Part shown: in pieces, positions 1 to 8,465 of the stretch
Position numbering within the stretch: position 1 is the first letter of the stretch
Layout: each line of letters starts with the position of its first letter
Source of the DNA: a bacterium
GTDB taxonomy: Bacteria > SAR324 > JACQKK01
Reading direction: 5' to 3'
Length of the DNA stretch: 38,412 nt
Assembly (NCBI GenBank): GCA_041477795.1
Contig: JBGOUY010000001.1
Location: 1-38,412 of the forward strand
Translations under genes and position numbers: made by a program
The notes under the pieces: model-generated
What the model was told of the DNA's origin: nothing
What the model saw: only the letters and a program-made list of their open reading frames with translations
The model's database searches: none

Positions 1-129
1 CCGATCACGCTGCGGCGGCCGGGAGCGCCTGGCCCGCTGGTCTCCCCCGCCTTGGGCGGGGGTCGGGGGGAGGCCCCGGCGGAATTTCCAAACGAAGCCG
101 CTGGCGTTACGAAGCCCCGCTTGATGGAG

Positions 130-640
130 CCGAGACCTGCGGGCCCTGCCCTGCGCCGCGCGGCGGGGACACCGATCGCAGCACCGGCGAGAAAATCTGG
201 ACCTCCAGCATCGCCAGCGCGGACGTCGTGATCGTCCTGACGTGCACCGGGCCGGGCGGGTTCACGATCTTCGTGGTCGAATGCGACCAGCCCGGCGTGC
301 GCGATCCGCTCGCTGCGAGCGGCAAAGCGCGGGGTCGAGCGCAATGAGGCCTCCCTTGCGGCGCTGACCCGCCCCCGTCCGGTGTAACGCACCGTAAGCC
401 AGTTCCGGGGCGATCCGGAACTGACCCCCCAATTTCTAAACCCGGCGCGAGGCGACGTTTCCGGCTTTCGTCCTGTCCCTGGGAATCAGACCGTTCAGGG
501 TGAGAAGAATGCTCCAGTCCGAGTCCACCCTCGCCCTGCAGGAGCGCCTTGGTGCCGATGGCGCGTCCGTGCAGGAATGGACCGCTTTGGCGGAGAAGTC
601 GGAGCGCATTGGCCGCGAGACTACGTCTGCGGGATTCGCG
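130..640 (+). pseudogene. acyl-CoA dehydrogenase remnant (middle domain, frame-broken)
   Basis: The frame containing codon 186-188 reads TGEKIWTSSIASADVVIVLTCTGPGGFTIFVVECDQPGVR and then hits TGA at 345-347. This fits the ACAD middle-domain pattern G-x-K-x-W-I-T/S..AD...F-V-V-E..PG. Weaker ACAD-like strings (FRPVPGNQTVQGE near 460-510; TLALQERLG...KSERIG near 520-610) continue in other frames. There is no intact ORF. Confidence 0.4.
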
Positions 641-675
641 CAGGGCGCGGCAGGACGCCGCACCGGAGCCCGCTC

Positions 676-1584
676 CTACGCGTCGCGGCGCAGGAAGGCG
701 TGCACCGAGTTCCACATGCGGTGGCGATGCACGCCAAGCTGCGTGGAGTGGGCCAACCCCGGCAGCACAGCAATCTGCTTGTCGCTGACCGGCAGCAGGC
801 GGAAGAACTCCAACAGGTCCTCCAGCGCCGCGATGCCGTCGTGCTCGCCGCGCACGATGAGGGTGCGCGCCCGGATCGCGCGCGGATCCACCACCGGCAG
901 GTTCTGCGTCATATCCAGGTACGTGCCGGTGGGCACCGAGTCGCCATAGACCAGCTGCGCCTCGGCGACGGCTTCGGCCACGGCCGGCTCGGTCGTGCCC
1001 GGCTGATCACGGGTGAAGATGCCCATAATGAAGTCGCGGTCGATCGGGCGGCGGCTGTGGGTGCGGAAAAACCCCAGCCCCTCCTTGCGCTTGGCGAGGG
1101 TGGGCGATCCCTCGCCGGTATAGACGAAGGCATCCAGCACCAGGTGCGAGACGGCGTCCGGCTCCGCGGCGGCGTAGGCGCCCGCGCGCAGCGAACCGGA
1201 CGAGAGTCCGTACATCGCCACCTGGCGCGCCCTTGTGACCTGGCGGATCAAGCGCACCGCCACGCGCAGGTCCTCCACGCCACAGGCGATGTCCGCATTG
1301 CGCTCGGTGACGGTGGAGCGGCCGTAGCCTTCGTGGTCCAGCGTCCATACGTCGTAACCCTGCCGGGCGAACCAATCCATCATGGAATAGTCCGGGTGCC
1401 CCGGCACCTGCAGGTCGTAGGATGGCAGGGCGGAGAGCGAAGAGCCGTGCACCAACACCAGTGGCGCACCGGCCTGGGCCGGAGCGATCCGCTTGCGCCA
1501 GAGGTAGAGCCGGACGTCCCCCTTCTGCGCCCAGTGCTCTTCCCCGGTCGGCTGGGCGCTGGCTTTGGCGACAGGTTTCCTCAC
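676..1584 (-). CDS. alpha/beta hydrolase fold protein
   Basis: 302 aa ORF with a GTG start that overlaps the upstream gene's stop (GTGA). It has HG-type oxyanion region LVLVHGSS, nucleophile elbow G-L-S-S-G (MYGLSSGS) and late GLAHS histidine region. Last gene of a same-strand cluster. Confidence 0.8.
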   Translation of the reverse strand: MRKPVAKASAQPTGEEHWAQKGDVRLYLWRKRIAPAQAGAPLVLVHGSSLSALPSYDLQVPGHPDYSMMDWFARQGYDVWTLDHEGYGRSTVTERNADIACGVEDLRVAVRLIRQVTRARQVAMYGLSSGSLRAGAYAAAEPDAVSHLVLDAFVYTGEGSPTLAKRKEGLGFFRTHSRRPIDRDFIMGIFTRDQPGTTEPAVAEAVAEAQLVYGDSVPTGTYLDMTQNLPVVDPRAIRARTLIVRGEHDGIAALEDLLEFFRLLPVSDKQIAVLPGLAHSTQLGVHRHRMWNSVHAFLRRDA

Positions 1585-2576
1585 GGCAGGATCTCGTTGG
1601 AGAAGTAGGGCGTGGGGTCGAAGTCCTTGGGCAGATCCAGCTCGCCCAGGCCGGCCATGTAGCTCATGGTGCGGCGCGCCTGCCCCTCGTCCATGCGGCC
1701 GTCGACCGGCCAGGTCTTCTCCAGTGCCTTGTAGGTGGCCTCGTTGTCCTCCTTGGTCATGCTCGGGAATTCCTGGGCCATCACGGCTCTGCCCTTCGCC
1801 GGATCGTTGTGGATGATCTGCAGCGCCTCGGCGAATACCTCCGCCACTTTGCGCAGCAGGTCTCGCTTCTCCTTCAGGTAGTCCGGATGCGTCGTCAGCG
1901 TCAGGTAGAGCACGTTGTCGAACATGGGCTCTTCGCCCTGGATCATGTCCACCAGGGTGCCGCCCAACCCGGTCTGCTCGAGGAAGACGCCTGTTGGCTC
2001 AAAGATCATCGCCGCGTCGATCTGGTTGCCCTTGAAGGCCGCGATGTAAGCGCCGGGTTCGCCACCCAGGTAGATCGTTTGCACGTCGCCCGGGAAGTTG
2101 AGGCCGTATTTGTTGCCGAGGATCTGAAGCATCTTTTCGCCCGAGCCACCCGCGGATGGCACCGCGACGCGCGCCCCCTTGAGTGCCCGCACACGGTCGC
2201 CCACTTGCTGACCCTTCACCTTGTCGATGATCTTGTTGTTGGCCAGCACGTTGATGGCCGGCACCTTGGCGAAGCGGAACACCGACACGACGCGCTTGCC
2301 TTGCGATGCGGCCTTGAGCACGTGCTCAAAGGTGACCTGGGAGACGTCTGACTGCTTGGTAAGCGCCGTCTGCAGCGCGAGCGAGCCGCCCTTGACCGTC
2401 GTCACCTCGGGCTTGAGGCCGTGCTTTTCGAACAATCCCATGCGCTGGGCGACAAACAGCGGGCCAGCCCAGTAAGCGTGGCCGATGTTGGTGATGCGCA
2501 CCGTTTCGGCGGCCTGCACGAGGCCCGCAAAACCCAGGGTGAGCACGAGCGCGATGACGACATGCATGCGTTTCAT
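1581..2576 (-). CDS. ABC transporter substrate-binding protein, NMT1/SsuA (nitrate/sulfonate/bicarbonate) family
   Basis: 331 aa with N-terminal signal peptide MKRMHVVIALVLTLGFAGLVQA. The overall sequence resembles NMT1/THI5-like periplasmic binding proteins. It is adjacent to a matching permease and ATPase. Confidence 0.85.
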   Translation of the reverse strand: MKRMHVVIALVLTLGFAGLVQAAETVRITNIGHAYWAGPLFVAQRMGLFEKHGLKPEVTTVKGGSLALQTALTKQSDVSQVTFEHVLKAASQGKRVVSVFRFAKVPAINVLANNKIIDKVKGQQVGDRVRALKGARVAVPSAGGSGEKMLQILGNKYGLNFPGDVQTIYLGGEPGAYIAAFKGNQIDAAMIFEPTGVFLEQTGLGGTLVDMIQGEEPMFDNVLYLTLTTHPDYLKEKRDLLRKVAEVFAEALQIIHNDPAKGRAVMAQEFPSMTKEDNEATYKALEKTWPVDGRMDEGQARRTMSYMAGLGELDLPKDFDPTPYFSNEILP

Positions 2577-2621
2577 GGCGATCCTCCCCTCGACGAAATA
2601 GGATGACCGGCCGGCAGTGGA

Positions 2622-3461
2622 CTAGTGGCTGACGATCTTCCAGCGCTCCAGGCGGCGCTGGGTGATATCCACCACGAAGTTCAGTCCGATGGCAAGCAGG
2701 CCGATGACGATCAACACCGCGAAGACTCCAGTCGTGTCGAACTCCGCGCCCGCGAACTGGACGAGGAATCCCAGGCCCCGATTGGAGGCGATCAACTCAC
2801 CGACGATCGCCCCGATCAGCGCATAGGGCACGGAGATCTTCAGGCCTGCGAAGATCCACCCCATGGACGAGGGCACGATCACGAGCCGCAACAGGTGCAG
2901 GCGCGTGCCCTTCATCAGCCGCACGGAATTGATCAGGTCCACGTCCACCTCGCGCACCCCGGCGTACGTGTTGAAGAACACCAGAAAGAACACGATGATA
3001 GTGGACAGCGCGATTTTCGACTCCATCCCCAGTCCGAACCAGAGCACGAACAGCGGCGCGAGCGCGATCTTGGGCAGGGCGTAGAATCCGAACAGGAACG
3101 GGTTGAGCAGGCGGCTCGTGAACACCGCCACCCCCAGCCAAATGCCCAACAGCACCCCGATCAGCGAGCCGAACACAAAACCCGCCATGGTCTCGTAGAA
3201 CGTCACCCACAGGTGCACGAAGATGTAGCCGCTCACCGACCATGCCCAGAGGCGCAGGCCCACATCCACCGGGTTGCTGATGAAGAAGTTGTCGAGCAGG
3301 CGGCCGGAGACGAGCTGCCAGGCCGCCAGGATGGCGATGCCCACCCCCGTCTGGCAGAGCAGCATGCGGCCGCTGCTCATCTCCGCGTAGGGCCGGTTGC
3401 GGGGGCGCTGGGCGATCTCGATGCGCGCAGCGGAACTGGCGAGTCCTCCGGTGGAGCTCAC
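2622..3461 (-). CDS. ABC transporter permease (SsuC/TauC-like, BPD_transp_1)
   Basis: 279 aa multi-pass hydrophobic protein with an EAA-like loop (YAGVREVDVDLINSVRLMKGTRLHLLRLVIVP). The ATG overlaps the ATPase stop by 4 nt. Confidence 0.85.
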   Translation of the reverse strand: MSSTGGLASSAARIEIAQRPRNRPYAEMSSGRMLLCQTGVGIAILAAWQLVSGRLLDNFFISNPVDVGLRLWAWSVSGYIFVHLWVTFYETMAGFVFGSLIGVLLGIWLGVAVFTSRLLNPFLFGFYALPKIALAPLFVLWFGLGMESKIALSTIIVFFLVFFNTYAGVREVDVDLINSVRLMKGTRLHLLRLVIVPSSMGWIFAGLKISVPYALIGAIVGELIASNRGLGFLVQFAGAEFDTTGVFAVLIVIGLLAIGLNFVVDITQRRLERWKIVSH

Positions 3462-4228
3462 AGGCGTTCCTCCTCGTATTCCAAGCGCAGGCGCTCCCAG
3501 AGGGAGTCGTAAATCTCCTTGAAGCGCTCGGTGAAGCGCACCGTCAACACATCGCGCGGCCGCGGCAGGTCTACCGGCTGGTCCAGCACCACGCGCGCGG
3601 GCCGTTGCGTGAGCACGATGACGCGATCCGACAGCGTGATCGCCTCCACCAGGTCATGCGTCACCAGCAGGATCGTCTGCCGGTCAGCCGCCCACAGACG
3701 CAGCAGCAGGTCATGCATGGCCAGCTTGAGCTGGGCATCCAGCGCGGCGAAGGGCTCGTCCAGCAGGAAGGTCTCCGGCCGATAGAGCAGCATGCGCGCC
3801 AGCGAGGCCCGTTTGCGCATGCCGCCCGACAACTCGGAGGGGTAGCGCGTCTCGAAGCCGGTCAGCCCGACACGCTTGAGAATCTCGCGCGCGCTGCGGC
3901 GCCGCTCTTCGCGAGGCTGGCCGGCCAGCTCGAAGGGCAGGGCCACGTTGTCCTGCACCGTGCGCCAAGGGAACAGGTTGTCCTTCTGCGTCATGTAGCC
4001 TACGGCGGTGTTCACTGAGACCACCGGCTTGCCGTTGTAGACCACCATGCCCTGCGTGGGCTCGTAGAGCCCGGCGATCATGTGCAGCAGAGTGGATTTG
4101 CCGCAGCCGCTGGGGCCGATGAGCGAGACGATGCTGCCCTGTTCGATGGCCAGGTCAATATCGCGGACCGCCTCTACGGGCTCGGAGCCCTTCTCGAAGG
4201 TCTTGTGCAGCGCCCGCAGCTCAATCAT
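3458..4228 (-). CDS. ABC transporter ATP-binding protein (SsuB/TauB-like)
   Basis: 256 aa with Walker A GPSGCGKST, signature LSGGMRKR, Walker B FLLDEPF and H-loop VTHD. Confidence 0.9.
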   Translation of the reverse strand: MIELRALHKTFEKGSEPVEAVRDIDLAIEQGSIVSLIGPSGCGKSTLLHMIAGLYEPTQGMVVYNGKPVVSVNTAVGYMTQKDNLFPWRTVQDNVALPFELAGQPREERRRSAREILKRVGLTGFETRYPSELSGGMRKRASLARMLLYRPETFLLDEPFAALDAQLKLAMHDLLLRLWAADRQTILLVTHDLVEAITLSDRVIVLTQRPARVVLDQPVDLPRPRDVLTVRFTERFKEIYDSLWERLRLEYEEERL

Positions 4229-4321
4229 GTCGCCTGTGCCTCTCTGAGTAGCTCCCGGCGCGCGACCGGGCGGCAGGTTCCGCCGCGTGCGGGCGATGCT
4301 GAACGGGGCGGAGGGTCCGCC

Positions 4322-5107
4322 TCAGAATACCGTGCGGTGGTAGCCACCATCCACGCACACGGTGCTCCCCGTGATGAACTTGGCCGCATCGGACACGAGG
4401 AAGGCAACCGTATCCGCGACCTCCTCCGGCTTGCCCAGCCGCCCCAGCACATTGGCACGGGCATAGGATGCCGTCGCCGTGTCGCGATCCAGGCCATGCT
4501 TGCGCATCTGCTCTTCGATCACAAACGTGAGCAGCTCCGATTCGACGTATTGCGGCGAGACGGCGTTCACGCGGATGTTTTCGCGTGCCACCGCATCGGA
4601 GATGCTCTTGAGCATCGCGAACTGCGCCGCGTTGGTGATGCCGGAGGGGAGGCGATCGGGGTGGGGGTGCCAGCCAGCCTGGCCGACGAGCACGACGATG
4701 CGCCCGTCGCCCTGGGCGCGCATCGCCGGCAGCACCGCCTGCACAAAGGCCAGCGCGCCGAATAGTTTCTCGTCCAGGTGCAGCTGCAGCTCGGCCGCAG
4801 TCATGGTGTCCAGATTGGAGCGGCGGCCCGTGCCCGCGCAGAACGCGAGGATGTCGATGCGCCCAAAACGCTCCAGCGCCGCCGCCACAAAGGCCTTCAC
4901 GGCGGCCCGCTCCGTCACGTTGGCCGTCTGTCCGAAGGCTCGGTCGCCTGCGTCGAGCTCGCGCAGGGTGGCATCCACATGCGCCTGCGTGCGGCTGCAA
5001 ACAGCCACCGAGGCTCCCTCGCGGAGCAGCCGGCGGGCGATGGCCCTGCCCAGCCCTCCGGTGCCTCCCGGCACAAGGGCGACCTTCCCTGCGATGCCCA
5101 GCTCCAT
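4322..5107 (-). CDS. SDR-fold protein, atypical (no Ser-Tyr-Lys triad), paralog 1
   Basis: Start chosen at MELGIAGKVALVPGGTGGLGRAI (ATG at 5107, GGAGGA 8 nt upstream) rather than the track start at 5254. The N-terminal extension from 5254 is Pro/Gly/Arg-rich and absent from the paralogs. Rossmann Gly motif present, C-terminal ITGSTVCVDGGY. Confidence 0.85.
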   Translation of the reverse strand: MELGIAGKVALVPGGTGGLGRAIARRLLREGASVAVCSRTQAHVDATLRELDAGDRAFGQTANVTERAAVKAFVAAALERFGRIDILAFCAGTGRRSNLDTMTAAELQLHLDEKLFGALAFVQAVLPAMRAQGDGRIVVLVGQAGWHPHPDRLPSGITNAAQFAMLKSISDAVARENIRVNAVSPQYVESELLTFVIEEQMRKHGLDRDTATASYARANVLGRLGKPEEVADTVAFLVSDAAKFITGSTVCVDGGYHRTVF

Positions 5108-5257
5108 GAACCCTTCCTCCAGGCGCAATGGCCGACGCGCGGCCCGCTGCCGGCCTGAGGCCACGCCGTTGGCGGTGACCGTTCCCGCGGTTGGACCGCC
5201 GGCGACCTGCAAACGGAACGACGGCGGACAGGGACCCGCCGGTGCGCCACGCACCGG

Positions 5258-6046
5258 CTAGAAGATCATGCGCTGGTACCCTCCATCCACATCGATGTTC
5301 GTGCCCGTGAGGAACGATGCGCGTTCGGAAGCCATGAACACGACGGCGCTGGCGATATCGTCTGGCTCGCCGAAGCGGCCCAGAGGCACCTTGAGGCCCC
5401 AGCCGGACTCCTGGTGTTCCAGGCTGAGGCCGAGATAGCGCTCGCCGTCCAGGTTGAGCGTGTCGGTGAGCGGCGACTTGATGCGGCTCGGGCAGACCGC
5501 GTTGACGAGGATGTTGTCCTTGCCCAGGTAATCCGAGAGCGACTTCACGAAGGCGTGTTGCGCCGCGTTGGTGACGGCCGAGGCGATCACGTTGGCGCCA
5601 GGCACCTTACCGGCTTGGCCCACAATGACGATGAAGCGTCCGCTCTTTTGCTTGCGCAGGTGCGGCAGGGCCTGGCGAGCCAGCTCCCAGACACCGAGCA
5701 CCTTGGTGCGCAGGTGCTGCTCCAGCCGCTCCACGGGCAGGTCTTCCACGCTGCCCTTCAGGTGCGTGCCGGCGTTGCTGACCACGATGTCCAGCCGGCC
5801 GAAGCGGGCCACGGTGCTGGCGACCAGGGATTTCACGTCCGCCATGCGGTCCACGTGGGCGATGAAGCCTTCCGCGTTGCCGCCCGCATCGCGCAGGGCC
5901 CGCACGGCCGCGTCCAGCCGAGTGCGGTCGCGGCCGCACACGGCCACTGCGGCCCCCTCGCCGATGAAGCGCTGCGCGATCGCCAGCCCGATGCCGCTGG
6001 TACCCCCGGTGACGAGCACCACCTTCTCTTGCAACCCCAAGTCCAT
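5258..6046 (-). CDS. SDR-fold protein, atypical (no Ser-Tyr-Lys triad), paralog 2
   Basis: Start at MDLGLQEKVVLVTGGTSGIGLAI (ATG at 6046, AGGAG upstream). Contains VSNAG and a C-terminal LTGTNIDVDGGY. Confidence 0.85.
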   Translation of the reverse strand: MDLGLQEKVVLVTGGTSGIGLAIAQRFIGEGAAVAVCGRDRTRLDAAVRALRDAGGNAEGFIAHVDRMADVKSLVASTVARFGRLDIVVSNAGTHLKGSVEDLPVERLEQHLRTKVLGVWELARQALPHLRKQKSGRFIVIVGQAGKVPGANVIASAVTNAAQHAFVKSLSDYLGKDNILVNAVCPSRIKSPLTDTLNLDGERYLGLSLEHQESGWGLKVPLGRFGEPDDIASAVVFMASERASFLTGTNIDVDGGYQRMIF

Positions 6047-6056
6047 CTGCTGGCTC

Positions 6057-6857
6057 CTAGCCGAACGGATAACGATGATAGCCACCATCGACGCTGATGG
6101 TGCTGCCGGTGATGAACGTTGCGCGGTCGGAGACGAGAAACGCCACCGTATCCGCCAATTCCTCCAGGGTGCCCATGCGCTTCAGGACGTTGGCGCGCCA
6201 AAAACCGGCGGAGGCCGTCTCGCGGTCCACGCCACGGTCGCGCATCTCCTTGGCGATCAGCGTGGAGGCCAGTTCCGTTTCGATGTACTGGGGGCAGACC
6301 GCGTTCACCCGGATATTCTGGCGCGCCAGGGCATCCGCAAGGCTCTTGGTCATGGCTGCCTGCGCCGCGTTGGTGGTGCCGGAAGGCAGCCGGTCCGAGT
6401 GTGGGTGGCGCGCCGCCTGGCCCACGATGTTCACGATACGCCCGTCCTTCTGCGCCCGCATGGCGGGCAGCACCGCACGGATCATGGCGAAATTGCCGAA
6501 GACCTTCTCGTCCAGATGGTGCTGGAGGTCCTCCGGCTTCAGGTCATACACCGTCGCGCGCCGGTGCGTGCCGGCGGAGAACACGAGGATGTCGATGCGC
6601 CCGAAACGCTGATGCGCCGCGCTCGCGAAGGCCGGCACCGCCTCCGGGTCCGTCACGTCCGCCACGTGGCCGAACACCCGGCCGGCGTCGCCGGCAAGCG
6701 CGGTCAACTCCGCGACGGCCGCATCGACGTGCTCCTGCTTGCGGCTGCAGATGGCCACTGCAGCGCCTTCCTGCAGCAGCCTGCGACACACGGCCTTCCC
6801 CAAACCGCGCGTGCCGCCGGGTACAATAGCCACCCGCCCGCCGAGACCCAGATCCAT
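6057..6857 (-). CDS. SDR-fold protein, atypical (no Ser-Tyr-Lys triad), paralog 3
   Basis: Start at MDLGLGGRVAIVPGGTRGLGKAV (ATG at 6857, GGAG upstream). C-terminal ITGSTISVDGGY. Only a 10 nt gap to paralog 2. Confidence 0.85.
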   Translation of the reverse strand: MDLGLGGRVAIVPGGTRGLGKAVCRRLLQEGAAVAICSRKQEHVDAAVAELTALAGDAGRVFGHVADVTDPEAVPAFASAAHQRFGRIDILVFSAGTHRRATVYDLKPEDLQHHLDEKVFGNFAMIRAVLPAMRAQKDGRIVNIVGQAARHPHSDRLPSGTTNAAQAAMTKSLADALARQNIRVNAVCPQYIETELASTLIAKEMRDRGVDRETASAGFWRANVLKRMGTLEELADTVAFLVSDRATFITGSTISVDGGYHRYPFG

Positions 6858-7184
6858 GCGAAGCTCCGCATCGTGCAAATGGACTAGCAGGAGCCTTCCC
6901 TAACATGGCGCCGGAAAGAAGCGCAACTCCGCCCCTCGCCCCTTGAAGCCGCATGGCAGGCCGCGATCCACTCCAGCCGGTGCGATCCAAGCAGCGTTCC
7001 AGCAAATGCTCCGAAGCTCATGACCGCAACCCGATGAACTGTCAGGACCTCGGCCGTACGCGTTTCACGCAGTCGACGGCGGGGGACCCCGGCTGTCCCG
7101 AATTTCCGGTCAAGGGTACGTGTGGCAACCGGACTCCCCCATGACAGGGCAATACCCACGCGGCCCGTTGGAAGCACGCAGTGG

Positions 7185-7685
7185 TCACGGTGCGTCGGCG
7201 CGCACATAGAGCGCCGTGATATCCCGTGCGTTGGGTGTGATCACCGCAAGAGTGCCTTTCGCATGGGAGCGCCAGTCCGCCGCGAGCCGGCCCGCCACGC
7301 CGCCCGGGCCCACGCCGGCGGTCGCCATGAGGAATTCGGCAGAGTAACCCGTGTCGTTGGGGTGGACGTCGTCGAAAGGCACCACCGGCGGCGGCCGCTC
7401 GCCGGGACGCGTCAGGTCGAAGCCGTAGGCGCGCCAGCGGGGTAGCGCCCGGCTCGCCACGAACGAAATGGCCGCACCGAAGGCCGCAGTGAGCTGCGCC
7501 TGCAGCGCCTCGCGCGGCAGCACGTCGGAAACCTGTGGTGCCACCCAAGGCTCCGCAGCGCCCTGCTGGCGATGCGCCCGCCAAGCGTTGCAGCCTTGCA
7601 GCAGCCGCCACAGGGCGCAATCCTCCTGGCTGCCGGCAAAGTACGAGAAGCGGCCTGCAGGCTCCATGGCGACGACGGCAAACAT
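7185..7685 (-). CDS. hypothetical protein (166 aa, no family recognised)
   Basis: Clean ORF with G/C-rich third codon positions and ordinary amino-acid composition, unlike the Arg/Pro/Gly-rich shadow ORFs around it. No motif recognised. Confidence 0.5.
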   Translation of the reverse strand: MFAVVAMEPAGRFSYFAGSQEDCALWRLLQGCNAWRAHRQQGAAEPWVAPQVSDVLPREALQAQLTAAFGAAISFVASRALPRWRAYGFDLTRPGERPPPVVPFDDVHPNDTGYSAEFLMATAGVGPGGVAGRLAADWRSHAKGTLAVITPNARDITALYVRADAP

Positions 7686-8024
7686 AGGGGGCTCCCGGTG
7701 CAGGCGGTGTTGCGAAGCGAGGCAGAACGATCAGCGGGCGCGCTCGGCCTCTCGATGACCGCGGCCCGGTGGATCCAGAAGACCGACGAGCCACGAAGAG
7801 GTGCTGGCGCTGGGCGCCGCATGGCGATTCTGAGCGGTCGCGTATGCGCTCCGCCATTGATCCGTCATGCCGCCGGCCCAGGCAACTACGGTCCCGGCGC
7901 CGCCGGATCCAGGCCATCGCGATTCCGCGAATGTCGACTCCCTGTTGACACAAGTCGCCTGGACCATGACGCAAGGCATCCTGCGGCGCAATGACAACCA
8001 CAGCCGGAGACGCCGCTCCTTTGC

Positions 8025-8270
8025 TCTCACGGATGGCCTGCCAAACCGCTTGCCATGAGCTTTCGCCCTGGCCAGTCCGCCATTGATCCGCTCGCGGAGG
8101 ATGAATCGCTCGAACTCGGCGACGACTCCGCACCTCTGGAGCATCGCCTGCCCGGCAGGCGGTGTCGTGCTGCCGGTCTGCTGAAACAGATACAGGTCGA
8201 CGCCCAGTGAGCGGACCTCGCCGGGCAAGGTCGGAACGTCTTGCAGGAAGCGCTGAAGGCGCCAGCTCGA
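8025..8270 (-). pseudogene. serine recombinase (resolvase/invertase) remnant
   Basis: ORF 7731..8288 contains LGVDLYLFQQTGSTTPPAGQAMLQRCGVVAEFERFILRERINGGLARAKAHGKRFGRP. This is the conserved C-terminal part of the resolvase catalytic domain (..DT.TP.G..MF...G.FAEFER..I.ER...GLA.AKA.GK..GRP). The N-terminal catalytic Ser region is missing and the HTH part is unrecognisable or frame-broken. Confidence 0.6.
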
Positions 8271-8465
8271 ATTCACGCAGCTTGCCAAGGATCAGCCTGG
8301 CTGTGTACCTAAGCCTTGCCATACCGTTGCCTCCTGATCGGTGCAGTCCGAACTCCAGCTTTCAAGCTGGCTCGATCCAAGGAGGCGCGTCAGACGCGGG
8401 CCAGCCATGTGCCGCGCCCCCAATGCCACGGGCGCGCGCGAACGGCGCAAGACACGGAGAGCGGC

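Noticed and set aside
577-1608. 343-aa plus-strand ORF overlapping the alpha/beta hydrolase gene
   Set aside because: It is antisense to a gene with clear family motifs. It has an Arg/Gly/His/Ala-rich low-complexity composition typical of high-GC shadow frames and no recognisable domain.
2625-3512. 295-aa plus-strand ORF antisense to the ABC permease
   Set aside because: Its His/Asp/Glu/Gln/Arg-rich composition is the mirror image of a hydrophobic membrane protein. The permease call explains the region.
5568-6887. 439-aa plus-strand ORF spanning SDR paralogs 2 and 3
   Set aside because: It crosses two well-supported minus-strand genes and their intergenic gap. It is Ala/Arg/Pro/Ser-rich with no motifs.
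7042-8322. 426-aa minus-strand ORF covering the orphan ORF and the recombinase scar
   Set aside because: It is extremely Arg/Ala/Gly/Pro-rich. It is out of frame with the recognisable resolvase segment and with the better-composed 7185-7685 ORF.
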